64,000 nt of DNA, from positions 14,002 to 78,001 of the forward strand of contig CANFLQ010000002.1 of the NCBI GenBank assembly GCA_947447995.1. The letters are read 5' to 3'. Made by a program: the position numbers and the translations under genes. The notes under the pieces were generated by a model that searched no databases, had not been told where the DNA came from, and saw nothing but the letters and a program-made list of their open reading frames with translations. Of this stretch, positions 52,441 through 62,791 are shown one piece after another. The stretch comes from Bacteroidota bacterium (GTDB lineage: Bacteria; Bacteroidota; Bacteroidia; 2-12-FULL-35-15). Numbering within the stretch: position 1 is the first letter of the stretch; each line of letters opens with the position of its first letter.

Positions 52441-53673
52441 ATGAATAGCAAAGAGGGGTTTCAGGCATTATTTGAGTTTGCAACAGAAGGCATTATTGTT
52501 TCAGATTCTAAAGGAGTAATTATTAAAGTAAACCCTGCTGCCGAAAAATTATTTGGTTATGAACATAATGAGTTAATTGGCAAAACAATTGAAACTCTTA
52601 TTCCTCAAAAATTTGCTCATCATCATAAAGGCATCCGCGAAAATTATTTAAAGCACCCAAAACCTAGATCCATGGGCTTAGGGATGGATCTTTTTGCCAA
52701 AAGAAAAGATGATTCTGAGTTTCAAGTTGAAATTAGCCTAAGTTCTTTTGATACCAGTGAAGGGAAATTTGCAATTGCTTTTATTATTGATATTACCGTT
52801 AGAAAACAACAAGGTGATATTTTAAAGAAAACCAATAACGATTTACATGAGCTTTCAGAAAAATTAAAAAATGCAAATCTTGAACTAGAAAAACGAGTTG
52901 AAGACAGAACACTTATGCTGCGTGAAGCCATTTTTGAATTAGAACAAAACAAAAAAGAAATAAGCATCGCTTTGGCTAAGGAAAAGGAACTAAATGATTT
53001 AAAGAGCAGATTTGTTTCTATGGCATCCCATGAATTTCGTACACCTTTGAGTACAATATTATCCTCTGTTGCACTTATTGCAAAATACAATACAGAGGAA
53101 ACGGAAGATAAACGACAAAAACACATTACTCGAGTAAAGTCCTCTGTAAACCATTTAACCGAGATTCTTAACGACTTATTATCATTAAGCAAACTAGAAG
53201 AAGGTATGTTGATTTGTAATCCTGTTGTATTTGACATAGTTGATTTTTCAAAAGATATTGTTCAGGATATGCAAGCGCTTTCAAAAGAAGGACAAACAAT
53301 TGTTTATGAGCATATTGGAGATGATAAAATAGTGAATTTAGATATTAAATTCTTGAAAAATATTTTTATCAATTTATTATCCAATGCCATTAAATTTTCA
53401 CCTGAATATCATCAAATTGATTTAAAAACTGAAACCTCAAAAAATGAAATAACAATAACAATAAAAGATTCAGGAATAGGAATTGAAAAAGAAGATCAAA
53501 AAAGGTTATTTGAACGCTTTTTCCGCGGACAAAATGCAACAAACATTCAAGGAACCGGATTGGGATTAAACATTGTTACCAAATATATTGAAATGATGAA
53601 AGGAACAATTGGTTTTGAAAGTGAAGTTGGAAAAGGAACAACCTTTATTATTAAACTTCCATTAATTGGTTAA
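52441..53673 (+). CDS. soluble PAS-domain sensor histidine kinase (FixL-like)
   Basis: PAS (VNPAAEKLFGY...LIP...HHH...Y...PRSMG...RKD.SEF.VEISL), coiled coil, SHEFRTPL, NLLSNAIKFS, DSGIGI, GTGLGL; no TM segment. Confidence 0.9.
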   Translation: MNSKEGFQALFEFATEGIIVSDSKGVIIKVNPAAEKLFGYEHNELIGKTIETLIPQKFAHHHKGIRENYLKHPKPRSMGLGMDLFAKRKDDSEFQVEISLSSFDTSEGKFAIAFIIDITVRKQQGDILKKTNNDLHELSEKLKNANLELEKRVEDRTLMLREAIFELEQNKKEISIALAKEKELNDLKSRFVSMASHEFRTPLSTILSSVALIAKYNTEETEDKRQKHITRVKSSVNHLTEILNDLLSLSKLEEGMLICNPVVFDIVDFSKDIVQDMQALSKEGQTIVYEHIGDDKIVNLDIKFLKNIFINLLSNAIKFSPEYHQIDLKTETSKNEITITIKDSGIGIEKEDQKRLFERFFRGQNATNIQGTGLGLNIVTKYIEMMKGTIGFESEVGKGTTFIIKLPLIG

Positions 53674-53684
53674 CTATTTATACG

Positions 53685-54743
53685 ATGAAAACAATTTTAC
53701 TGATAGAAGATAATCCCGAAATGCGTGAGAATACAATGGAAATTCTTGAGCTGGACAAATACAAAGTAATTCCCGCAAAAAATGGTAAAGAAGGTGTTGA
53801 ATTAGCACAAAACAATAAAGTTGATTTGATAATTTGTGATATTATGATGCCTTTGTTGGATGGTTATGGTGTTTTGCATTTATTAAGTAAAAATCCTGAA
53901 ACCGCAAGTATACCTTTCATTTTTTTAACGGCAAAATCGGAGCGAATGGATTTTAGAAAAGGAATGGAAATGGGAGCCGATGACTATATCACCAAACCTT
54001 TTGATGATATGGAATTACTGAATGCTGTTGAAAGCAGAATCAAAAAAAGTGAATTATTACGTTCTGAGTTTTCCAAAAATCAGGAAGGATTCGATAATTT
54101 TTTCACAGAGATTAAAAACCTGAGCGACTTTGGTAAATTATCAAATGCAAGAACCAACCGAATTTTTAAGAAAAAACAAATAATTTTTACTGAAGGTAGT
54201 TATCCAAACGGTTTATATTTTATAAATAAAGGTAAAGTAAAAACTTTTAAAACAAATACTGATGGAAAAGAGCTAATTACCGGGTTATTTAAAGACGGTG
54301 ATTTTATTGGGTATCATGCTTTATTGGAAGAAAGTGTTTATAACGAATCTGCTGCAGCATTAGAAGAAACTGAAACCTGTTTAGTATCTAAAGACGATTT
54401 TTTTATCCTTATTTATAAAAATAATGAAGTATCAAAAAAATTCATTCAAATGCTTTCCGATAATATCGTTGAAAAAGAAAAAGCGTTATTAAATTTAGCT
54501 TATAATTCGGTACGAAAACGAGTTGCCGAAGCCTTAATGGAATTAAAATTAAAATACCATAATGAAGGTGAAAAACAATTTAGTATGCCGATTTTGCGCG
54601 AAGATTTAGCGAACATGGCAGGTACTTCGCAAGAAACAACCATTAGAACACTTGCCGATTTTAAAGACGAAAAACTAATAGATATAAATGGCGGAACAAT
54701 TACATTGTTAAATGTTGAAAAACTAAAAAAGTTGAAGAATTAA
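53685..54743 (+). CDS. response regulator: receiver + cNMP-binding-like + Crp-type HTH
   Basis: LLIEDN, CDIMMP, FLTAK, TKPF; then IF.EG...LYFI.KGKVK, GDFIG, RKRVA..L, REDLANMAGTSQETTIRTL. Confidence 0.9.
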   Translation: MKTILLIEDNPEMRENTMEILELDKYKVIPAKNGKEGVELAQNNKVDLIICDIMMPLLDGYGVLHLLSKNPETASIPFIFLTAKSERMDFRKGMEMGADDYITKPFDDMELLNAVESRIKKSELLRSEFSKNQEGFDNFFTEIKNLSDFGKLSNARTNRIFKKKQIIFTEGSYPNGLYFINKGKVKTFKTNTDGKELITGLFKDGDFIGYHALLEESVYNESAAALEETETCLVSKDDFFILIYKNNEVSKKFIQMLSDNIVEKEKALLNLAYNSVRKRVAEALMELKLKYHNEGEKQFSMPILREDLANMAGTSQETTIRTLADFKDEKLIDINGGTITLLNVEKLKKLKN

Positions 54744-54745
54744 CT

Positions 54746-54789
54746 ATACCAAAATTAATCTTGAAACGAATCAAGATTAATTTTGGTAT
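54746..54789. terminator. 19-bp perfect inverted repeat between convergent genes
   Basis: ATACCAAAATTAATCTTGA-AACGAA-TCAAGATTAATTTTGGTAT. Confidence 0.75.
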
Positions 54790-54799
54790 TAAAATGTAT

Positions 54800-55864
54800 T
54801 TATTGTCCTACTTGTTTCAAATGAACTACGTGTGAACGTATTGCACTAAGTACCGTTGGAAATTCCATGTAGTTTACTCCGAATTGCTCGCAGGTTTCTT
54901 TAACTAACTGACTAATATTAGGATAATGAACGTGGCTAATACGAGGAAATAAATGGTGTTCCACCTGAAAATTTAAACCACCTGTAAACCATGAAACAAT
55001 TTTATTTTTTGTAGCAAAATCCGCCGTTGTTTCTATTTGATGAACAGCCCACTCATTTTCAATTTGATAAATATTTGTGTCAGGTAAATGAAAAGACGCC
55101 TCTTCAACAACGTGTGCCAATTGAAAAACAACAGAAATAACAAACCCCGTAACAAAAGATATTACAACATAGCCAATCAAGGTTTCCTTTATACCAATTA
55201 CATATATTGGGAGTGTTATAAATACAGCTATATATAAAACCTTACTAATCCAAAAAACAAAATGATCGGTTAATTCCATTTTTTTGAATTTATTATCACC
55301 AATTTTTCCGGAAAAATATTTTTGAAAATCCTGAACATAAACCCATAATAAATAAGTTGTACAGTATAATGGTATCCAATAAACATGTTGAAACTGGTGA
55401 TACCAATGTTTTTTTTGGTTTTCGTTTACACGAATCCAAGGCTTTATATCAATATCTTCATCCATACCTTCAATGTTAGTATACGAATGATGAAAAACAT
55501 TGTGTTTCGCTTTCCACAAAAACGCGTTACCTCCCATCGCATTTAAAGAAAATGCCATCAACTCGTTTACCCAAGGTTTTTGAGAAAAACTACCATGAGC
55601 ACCATCGTGCATTGTATTAAAACCTATGGCTGCAAGGTTTAACCCCATCAAACAACATACTAAAATAGATAGCCAAAGTGACGGCGTAAAAAAGACCAAA
55701 ACAACATAAAAAGTAATGGCCGATAACAGAAGGAGAATTGTTTTTATATATAATTTAAAATTCCCCGTTTCTCTAATATTATTAGACTTAAAATAGGTGT
55801 CAACCTTTTGTTTTAATGTTTCAAAAAACACGCTATCCTTATTATTGAAAATTACTTTTTGCAT
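54800..55864 (-). CDS. membrane fatty-acid (acyl-CoA) desaturase
   Basis: His boxes HDGAH, HNVFHH, QVEHHLFP. Confidence 0.93.
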   Translation of the reverse strand: MQKVIFNNKDSVFFETLKQKVDTYFKSNNIRETGNFKLYIKTILLLLSAITFYVVLVFFTPSLWLSILVCCLMGLNLAAIGFNTMHDGAHGSFSQKPWVNELMAFSLNAMGGNAFLWKAKHNVFHHSYTNIEGMDEDIDIKPWIRVNENQKKHWYHQFQHVYWIPLYCTTYLLWVYVQDFQKYFSGKIGDNKFKKMELTDHFVFWISKVLYIAVFITLPIYVIGIKETLIGYVVISFVTGFVISVVFQLAHVVEEASFHLPDTNIYQIENEWAVHQIETTADFATKNKIVSWFTGGLNFQVEHHLFPRISHVHYPNISQLVKETCEQFGVNYMEFPTVLSAIRSHVVHLKQVGQ

Positions 55865-55889
55865 CTTCAGTTTTAATTAATTATCGAAG

Positions 55890-55953
55890 CAAAGATAATT
55901 AAAAAAAGTGCGAATCATAGTTTTTTATAAATGCGAAAATGTGACTTAAATCA
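55890..55953 (-). promoter_or_regulatory. desaturase promoter with a Crp/Fnr-type box
   Basis: -7 TATCTTTG (minus, 55890-55897); TGACTTAAATCA at 55942-55953. Confidence 0.6.
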
Positions 55954-55965
55954 TATTGTATAGAA

Positions 55966-56454
55966 CTATTGCTTGGGCAATTTAACTTTTACTGACCATG
56001 TAAAACCAAACTCTGCAACAACATCTCCAGCTTCATCTTTTCCCACTGTTTTTGTTTCAATCAAAATACCTTCGCCCGTTTCTTTTGCTTTTTTAATTGA
56101 GTCAGCTACCAATTTACCATTCTCGCAAGTAAAGGTTATTTTACCTACGGCTTTTTTTAAATAGGCTGCATTATTTTTAACAATAAGCATTGATACTAAG
56201 GGTTTTGAATCTTGTGTTTCATAAAGTAAAAGTATCCCTGTCGACATTTCAGCAGCCATAGAAAGCACAGCAAAATAAATAGAACGAAATGGATTCTTGT
56301 TTAGCCAACCATATTTTACAGTTGTGCTTGCCCTATTTTCATTTAACTCTTTTACTTTAATTCCGGCCAAAAAAGCCATTGGCAAACCATTGAGTAAATA
56401 AAGACTTAATAAAAAACCATTGGTCACCCTTTTTTGATATTGAATTTTATCCAT
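55966..56454 (-). CDS. hotdog-fold thioesterase-like protein (DUF4442-like)
   Basis: LP.AF.AG.KV, NKNPFRSIYFA...MAAEMSTG, KKA.GKI.F.C. Confidence 0.75.
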   Translation of the reverse strand: MDKIQYQKRVTNGFLLSLYLLNGLPMAFLAGIKVKELNENRASTTVKYGWLNKNPFRSIYFAVLSMAAEMSTGILLLYETQDSKPLVSMLIVKNNAAYLKKAVGKITFTCENGKLVADSIKKAKETGEGILIETKTVGKDEAGDVVAEFGFTWSVKVKLPKQ

Positions 56455-56465
56455 TATAAATAATA

Positions 56466-57314
56466 TTAGATGGGAAATGTAATAGAAGTAATACGCATGG
56501 CTTCTTCAAATGCTATTTTGTCGATATTAGTAGAAATATTTTTTTTTTCAAAATACGACAATAAATTTTCAGTAGGCATATTGCCTGTTAATTTATCTGT
56601 TGCCATAGGACAGCCACCATAACCTTTAATGGTACTATCAAATCGCCGACAACCACTTTTGTATGCGGCATTTACTTTCTCTTCCCAGGTATCAGGTGTT
56701 GTATGCAAATGAGCTCCAATTTCAATTGTAGAAAATTCAGGTACTAATTTTGAAAAAAGAGTTGAAATAGTTGAAGGAGTTGAAATACCTATAGTATCTG
56801 ATAAAGCTATAATCTTTATTCCCATTTTTGCCAATTGCCTAGTCCATTTGATTGCTATATCAGCACTCCACTCATCTCCATAAGGATTACCGAAAGCCAT
56901 AGAAATATAAACCACCAGTTCTTTTCTATTTCTAATACATAAATCATAAATTTCCTCCACTCTGGTTAAAGATTCCAAAATAGAAGAATTGGTATTTCTT
57001 TGTTGGAAGGTTTCTGAAATGGAAAAAGGATAACCTAAATAATTGATCTCTTCAAATTCAACAGCATCCTGAGCTCCCCTAACATTAGCAATAATTGAAA
57101 GCAACTTTGATTTTGTATTGCTCAAGTCCAGCTGCTCCAAAACCTTTGCTGTATCACGCATTTGAGGAATTGTTTTTGGAGAAACAAAACTACCAAAATC
57201 AATGGTGTCAAAGCCTACTTGTAATAATGAGTTGATATACCCAACTTTTTTATCTGTTGGTATAAATTCGTGTATACCTTGCATGGCATCGCGCGGACAT
57301 TCAATTATTTTCAT
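56466..57314 (-). CDS. hydroxymethylglutaryl-CoA lyase
   Basis: ECPRDAMQG, GSFVSPK.IPQM, SDTIG, HLH, GYGGCPMA, GNMPTE. Confidence 0.92.
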   Translation of the reverse strand: MKIIECPRDAMQGIHEFIPTDKKVGYINSLLQVGFDTIDFGSFVSPKTIPQMRDTAKVLEQLDLSNTKSKLLSIIANVRGAQDAVEFEEINYLGYPFSISETFQQRNTNSSILESLTRVEEIYDLCIRNRKELVVYISMAFGNPYGDEWSADIAIKWTRQLAKMGIKIIALSDTIGISTPSTISTLFSKLVPEFSTIEIGAHLHTTPDTWEEKVNAAYKSGCRRFDSTIKGYGGCPMATDKLTGNMPTENLLSYFEKKNISTNIDKIAFEEAMRITSITFPI

Positions 57315-57335
57315 AAGCCTATCTCATAAAAGGGA

Positions 57336-58370
57336 TTAGAGGGTTGCCAATATTCCCTTATTTATTTGTTTTACAATGCCTGGTCCTTCATAAATAAATC
57401 CAGTATAAACTTGCACAAGACTAGCGCCCGCCTTTAGTTTTTCAATTGCATCTTCAGCAGTATAAATACCACCAACAGCAATAATTGGAAATGCCTTACC
57501 CGACTTTTCACTTAAATACCTAACAACTTCCGTTGAACGTTTAACCAATGGTTTTCCACTTAATCCTCCGGCACCAATTGCCTTTAGTTTTGAATCTGAA
57601 GTATTTAAGCCTTCTCTTGAAATAGTAGTATTGGTTGCAATTACACCATCAATTTTTGTTTCTTTAACAATATCTATAATGTCATCCAATTGTGAATCGG
57701 TTAAATCTGGAGCTATTTTTAACAGTATAGGTTTTGGATTCTTCTTTTGAGAATTAATCTCTTTCAAATGTTTTAGCAATTGAGTAAGAGGGGCTTTATC
57801 TTGCAATGCGCGAAGATTAGGTGTATTAGGAGAACTTACATTCACAGCAAAATAATCTACATAATCGAAAAGAGCTTCAAAACATTTAGAATAATCACTA
57901 ACAGCGTCTTCATTTTCAGTTATTTTATTTTTACCAATATTACCTCCGATAATAATTTTTGTTTTGCGTTTTTTTAAATGATTAACAGCTTCATCTACAC
58001 CTCCATTATTAAATCCCATTCTGTTTATCAACGCCTCATCTTTGGGTAAACGAAACATTCTAGGTTTTTCATTACCTGGTTGCGCTTTTGGGGTAAGCGT
58101 ACCTATTTCAATAAAACCAAATCCAAAATTGCCCAACTCATCAAATAATTTGGCGTCTTTATCAAAACCTGCAGCCAATCCAACAGGGTTAGGAAATGTA
58201 AGTCCAAATAATTTACGTTCCAAACGTTTATCCTTTACCACATAAATGCTTTGCACAATTAAGGTAACTCCAGGAATAGCAAAAAAAAACTTAATTATTT
58301 TAAAAACGATGTGATGAATTGTTTCTGGTTGAAAGAGAAACAAAATGGGTTTTATAATGATTTTATACAT
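57336..58370 (-). CDS. pyrD: quinone-dependent dihydroorotate dehydrogenase
   Basis: [46 protein letters not shown]. Confidence 0.97.
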   Translation of the reverse strand: MYKIIIKPILFLFQPETIHHIVFKIIKFFFAIPGVTLIVQSIYVVKDKRLERKLFGLTFPNPVGLAAGFDKDAKLFDELGNFGFGFIEIGTLTPKAQPGNEKPRMFRLPKDEALINRMGFNNGGVDEAVNHLKKRKTKIIIGGNIGKNKITENEDAVSDYSKCFEALFDYVDYFAVNVSSPNTPNLRALQDKAPLTQLLKHLKEINSQKKNPKPILLKIAPDLTDSQLDDIIDIVKETKIDGVIATNTTISREGLNTSDSKLKAIGAGGLSGKPLVKRSTEVVRYLSEKSGKAFPIIAVGGIYTAEDAIEKLKAGASLVQVYTGFIYEGPGIVKQINKGILATL

Positions 58371-58522
58371 AGGGGTAATAATCTTAACACGAAATTACTA
58401 TTTATTTACCATGCTAAAAAAATAATATAGGAAAACCTTCTTACTTTATTATAACAAAATTGAAAAGAACAATAACTACTAACTAAAAACTCAAATTATT
58501 TTTTAACAACACATAATTATAT

Positions 58523-58555
58523 TTTAGACTAGCCTAAATTTTATTTATATATTTG
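58523..58555 (+). promoter_or_regulatory. DtxR/MntR-type operator overlapping the mntR promoter
   Basis: Near-perfect palindrome TTTAGACTAGCCTAAA (58523-58538), 9 nt upstream of TATATTTG -7 (58548-58555). Confidence 0.75.
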
Positions 58556-58573
58556 TCTTAAATAAATAATCCA

Positions 58574-59260
58574 ATGCAATCATTTACAGAAGAAAACTAC
58601 ATAAAAGCCATCTATAAACTAATAGAAGCTAATGGCAATACTGTTAGTACAAATTCCATTGCCGAAAAAATGAATACAAAGGCTGCCTCTGTTACAGATA
58701 TGCTAAAAAAACTGTATACAAAAAAGCTTATTAATTATAAAAAATACCAAGGTGTAACCCTTACCACTAAAGGAGAAAAAACAGCTCTTAATATTATTAG
58801 AAAGCACCGTTTATGGGAAATGTTCCTAGTAGAAAAACTTGATTTTAAATGGGATGAGGTGCATGATGTAGCCGAACAATTAGAACACATTGATTCAGAT
58901 AAACTTATTGAACAAATTGATAAATTTTTAAATTACCCAAAGGTTGATCCTCATGGAGACCCTATACCTGACGCAAAAGGAAAGTTAAATGTGACTAAAT
59001 CTCAGGTCTTATCTAAGTTCAATAAAAATGATGTATGTGTAATGACAGGTGTTGTAGATCACAGTCCTTCTTTTTTGCAATATTTAGATAAATCAGGTAT
59101 TAACTTAGGAATTGAAATCCAAATAAAAGATGTTGTGCTATTTGACCGCTCTTTACAAATAACCATTAATAAAAATACTGCCATTTTTATTAGCAATGAA
59201 GTTGCTAAAAATATTTTAGTGATTAAAAAAAACTATAAAAAAAACTCATTAAAAGTATAG
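58574..59260 (+). CDS. mntR: DtxR/MntR family metal-dependent repressor with FeoA-like C-domain
   Basis: EENYIKAIY, ASVTDMLKKL, IRKHRLWE.FL, AEQLEH, DPHGDPIP. Confidence 0.92.
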   Translation: MQSFTEENYIKAIYKLIEANGNTVSTNSIAEKMNTKAASVTDMLKKLYTKKLINYKKYQGVTLTTKGEKTALNIIRKHRLWEMFLVEKLDFKWDEVHDVAEQLEHIDSDKLIEQIDKFLNYPKVDPHGDPIPDAKGKLNVTKSQVLSKFNKNDVCVMTGVVDHSPSFLQYLDKSGINLGIEIQIKDVVLFDRSLQITINKNTAIFISNEVAKNILVIKKNYKKNSLKV

Positions 59261-59271
59261 TTAAATATAAA

Positions 59272-61143
59272 ATGAAAACGACTAAATCATTGTCAGAAGT
59301 ACACGAAAGTGTTGATACCATAAATAAAAAAGGATTTTGGAAAAAGCTTTTTGCTTTTATAGGCCCAGCCTATTTAGTAAGTGTTGGATATATGGATCCA
59401 GGTAATTGGGCAACAGATATTGCAGGTGGTAGTCAGTTTGGGTATCAATTACTTTGGGTGCTTTTAATGAGTAATCTTATGGCTCTAATATTACAAAGCC
59501 TAAGTGCCAAGTTGGGTTTGGTACAAGGCTTAGATCTTGCACAAGCCTCCAGGGCAACTTATCCTCCAATTGTTAACCTTTTTAATTGGGTATTAGCAGA
59601 AATAGCAATTGCTGCATGTGATTTGGCCGAAGTGATAGGTATGGCAATAGGCTTGCAATTACTTTTTCATATACCACTTTTAGTAGGCGTTTCAATCACG
59701 GTGTTAGATACAATTCTTTTATTAATCCTATCACGCTATGGTATGCGTAAAATGGAAGCTTTTATTTTAGTGCTTATTGCTACCATAGGGTTAGCATTTA
59801 TAGCTGAACTGTTTTTCTCAAAACCCGATGGTGCTGCACTTGTTAAAGGTTTTATTCCTACAATTCCAAACCATTCAGCCTTATATATTGCTATTGGAAT
59901 TATTGGAGCTACGGTAATGCCTCATAATTTATATCTTCATTCATCATTGGTTCAAACACGAAAAATAGATCGCAGTGAAGCTGGAATTAAAGAAGCTATT
60001 AAATTCAATTTTATAGATACATTTATTGCACTTAATCTTGCTTTGTTTGTAAATGCAGCAATCTTAATTCTTGCAGCTGCTGTATTCTTCTCTACTGGAC
60101 ATAACGAAGTAGCTGAAATACAGGATGCCTATAAACTTCTAAGCGATATTTTAGGTAATAACCTTGCTCCCATTTTATTTGCTGTAGCACTGATTGCAGC
60201 TGGACAAAGTTCCACTCTTACAGGTACACTCTCTGGACAAATTGTAATGGAAGGCTACTTAAATCTTCGCATTCAACCTTGGTTACGCCGTATAATAACT
60301 CGTTTGATAGCAATAGTTCCTGCATTTATTGTAATTTATATTAAGGGCGAAGAAGCTACTGGAGAGTTGCTTATTTTAAGTCAGGTTTTATTGAGTTTAC
60401 AATTAGGATTTGCTGTTATACCACTTATTCATTTAACAAACGACAAGAAAAAAATGGGGCAATTTGCCAACACAATACCAGTAAAAATTGCAGCTTGGGC
60501 AATTGCCACCATTATTATCGCACTAAATGCAAATCTTGTTATAGAAACTATTTTAGGATGGATAAATAACTCAGAGAATCCCTCAATATTATATTTTATA
60601 GTTGTTCCTTTAGTCGTTATTTCAGCAATATTTTTATTGTATATCACTTTTAGTCCTATAATAAAAAAAGTAAAACTCAAAAGGAATCACGTTCCAGATG
60701 GTAAAGTTGAAACATTAGATATTTTTGGGGGAATTAAATATCATTGTATTGCCATAACCGTTGATTTTAGCAGTAGCGATAATAAAGCTATTAGTAACGC
60801 GATTGCACAAGGCGGTAATACTGCAAAATATATTTTAATTCATATTGTAGAAACAGCAGGAGCACGACTAATGGGTAATGAAATTGATGATCTAGAAACC
60901 TTATCTGATAAGAAAAACTTAGAGCAATATAAAATTGAACTTGAGAGCAAAGGTTTTACCATTAGAACTAAATTAGGATTTGGCAATCCTAAAAAAAGTA
61001 TTCCAGAAATTGTTAATGAAACCAATTGTGATTTGCTTGTAATGGGAGCTCATGGTCATAAAGCATTAAAAGATATTATTTTTGGTACTACACTTGATGC
61101 TGTACGACATAGTGTTAAAGTTCCTGTATTGATTGTAAAATAA
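59272..61143 (+). CDS. mntH: Nramp Mn2+/Fe2+ transporter fused to a C-terminal USP domain
   Basis: [27 protein letters not shown]-terminal VDFS...GNP...[10 protein letters not shown]...FG.T...V..PVLIVK. Confidence 0.93.
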   Translation: MKTTKSLSEVHESVDTINKKGFWKKLFAFIGPAYLVSVGYMDPGNWATDIAGGSQFGYQLLWVLLMSNLMALILQSLSAKLGLVQGLDLAQASRATYPPIVNLFNWVLAEIAIAACDLAEVIGMAIGLQLLFHIPLLVGVSITVLDTILLLILSRYGMRKMEAFILVLIATIGLAFIAELFFSKPDGAALVKGFIPTIPNHSALYIAIGIIGATVMPHNLYLHSSLVQTRKIDRSEAGIKEAIKFNFIDTFIALNLALFVNAAILILAAAVFFSTGHNEVAEIQDAYKLLSDILGNNLAPILFAVALIAAGQSSTLTGTLSGQIVMEGYLNLRIQPWLRRIITRLIAIVPAFIVIYIKGEEATGELLILSQVLLSLQLGFAVIPLIHLTNDKKKMGQFANTIPVKIAAWAIATIIIALNANLVIETILGWINNSENPSILYFIVVPLVVISAIFLLYITFSPIIKKVKLKRNHVPDGKVETLDIFGGIKYHCIAITVDFSSSDNKAISNAIAQGGNTAKYILIHIVETAGARLMGNEIDDLETLSDKKNLEQYKIELESKGFTIRTKLGFGNPKKSIPEIVNETNCDLLVMGAHGHKALKDIIFGTTLDAVRHSVKVPVLIVK

Positions 61144-61171
61144 ATTCAAAAATAAATACCTTTGTATCATT

Positions 61172-61660
61172 ATGAAGAACGAAAACAATATCAATATAAA
61201 AAACAAACGTGCATCCTTTGAGTACTCCTTTATTGATAAATATTTGGCAGGTATTCAATTAACAGGAACCGAAATAAAATCAATACGTGAAGGGAAATCT
61301 ACAATAAACGAAGCGTTTTGTGTTTTTATACTTACTAAAAGAAGTAAAGAAAATCCAATGAAACGCAATAGCGAGTTGTTTATTAGGAACATGCATATTG
61401 CCCATTATTTTAATGGCACCTATAATAATGTTGAAGAAAAAAGAGATAGAAAATTATTGCTCAATAAACGTGAACTGGAAAAACTTCAAGATAAATTAAA
61501 GGATCAAGGGTTGACAATAGTGCCAATTCGTTTATTTGTAAACGAAAAAGGATATGCCAAACTAGAAATAGCTTTAGCTAAAGGAAAAAAAATATTTGAT
61601 AAACGGGACGATATTAAAAAAAGAGATATAGAGAGGGATACAAACAGACAATTAAAATAA
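61172..61660 (+). CDS. smpB: SsrA-binding protein
   Basis: [47 protein letters not shown]. Confidence 0.95.
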   Translation: MKNENNINIKNKRASFEYSFIDKYLAGIQLTGTEIKSIREGKSTINEAFCVFILTKRSKENPMKRNSELFIRNMHIAHYFNGTYNNVEEKRDRKLLLNKRELEKLQDKLKDQGLTIVPIRLFVNEKGYAKLEIALAKGKKIFDKRDDIKKRDIERDTNRQLK

Positions 61661-61664
61661 TTAT

Positions 61665-62555
61665 TTATTTATACCCAGCAACTAACTCTGCTAAATCATT
61701 TTGAGTTGCTTTATTAATTTTAACTAATGGTAATCTTAAGTTAGCCTGACAAATATTTAATATTTCTAAAACAGCTTTAACCCCAGCAGGGTTACCATCT
61801 GCAAATATTTTTTCAATAATATCAGTTAGTTTGTAATGCAATTTTTGAGCTTCAGAAACATTACCTAATAATATTTTTCTAATCATTTCAGAAAAATCTT
61901 TTGGATATGCATTTCCAACAACAGAAATAACCCCATCTGCACCACTAGCAATCATAGGCAATGCAAGCATATCATCACCCGATATTACTAAAAAATCTTT
62001 AGGGCGGTATTTAATAATTTTCATACATTGTTCCAAATTGCCAGAAGCCTCTTTAATGCCAATAATATTTTTAAAATCTTCTGCTAATTTTATGGTTGTT
62101 TCAGGTAAAATATTAGAAGCAGTTCTACCAGGTACATTATAAAGCATTATTGGAAGCAGGCTAGCTTCCGAAATAGCTTTGTAATGCTGATAAATCCCAC
62201 GTTGATTAGGTTTGTTATAATATGGAGAAACTGACAGAATAGCGTCAATATTATTAAAATAAGAAGATACTTTAAGCGTATCTAATATTTCTTGAGTATT
62301 ATTACCCCCCAAACCAAGCACAATAGGTACTCGTTTACCTACACACTCAATAATATGTGTTACTACAGATTGTTTTTCATCTTTATTTAAAGTAGCTGTT
62401 TCGCCTGTAGTACCAAGTGCAACAAGATATTCAACACCACCTTTAATAAGATGGTCAACAAGTTTACCAATACCCTTGTAATCTATGCTATTATTTTTAT
62501 TAAATGGAGTAATCATAGCAACTCCTGTACCTTTAAATCTACTATTTTTACTCAT
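61665..62555 (-). CDS. dapA: 4-hydroxy-tetrahydrodipicolinate synthase
   Basis: AMITPF, GTTGE, PYYNKP, YNVPGRT, GIKEASG, SGDD, NPAGVK; TAAATTTG -7 at 62572-62579. Confidence 0.96.
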   Translation of the reverse strand: MSKNSRFKGTGVAMITPFNKNNSIDYKGIGKLVDHLIKGGVEYLVALGTTGETATLNKDEKQSVVTHIIECVGKRVPIVLGLGGNNTQEILDTLKVSSYFNNIDAILSVSPYYNKPNQRGIYQHYKAISEASLLPIMLYNVPGRTASNILPETTIKLAEDFKNIIGIKEASGNLEQCMKIIKYRPKDFLVISGDDMLALPMIASGADGVISVVGNAYPKDFSEMIRKILLGNVSEAQKLHYKLTDIIEKIFADGNPAGVKAVLEILNICQANLRLPLVKINKATQNDLAELVAGYK

Positions 62556-62733
62556 CTAAAAAAACATTCTTCAAATTTATATTATTTTCTTTTATATATT
62601 AAAATCGAATTCTAAAATATTACTACAAACAGTTACAAAATTTTAGTAAAACTCCCTAAGAGCCAATACAGAGGATAAAGGTAAAATTTAATAATTATAA
62701 TTCAAAATTAATTTGTTACTGTTCATTATTTTT

Positions 62734-62780
62734 AATAAAAAAATCCGCCCTTTCGTTTGGAAAGGGCGGATTTTTTTATT
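62734..62780. terminator. intrinsic terminator
   Basis: Perfect 21-bp inverted repeat AATAAAAAAATCCGCCCTTTC/GAAAGGGCGGATTTTTTTATT. Confidence 0.88.
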
Positions 62781-62791
62781 AAAAATAATGA

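Noticed and set aside
54761..54774. FNR-like TTGAAACGAATCAA
   Set aside because: It is the centre of a 19-bp hairpin between two convergent 3' ends with no promoter nearby; a terminator explains it better
61144..62791. tmRNA, tRNA or lysine riboswitch near smpB/dapA
   Set aside because: No tRNA-like ends or space for ssrA; the dapA -7 element lies only ~17 nt from the start codon
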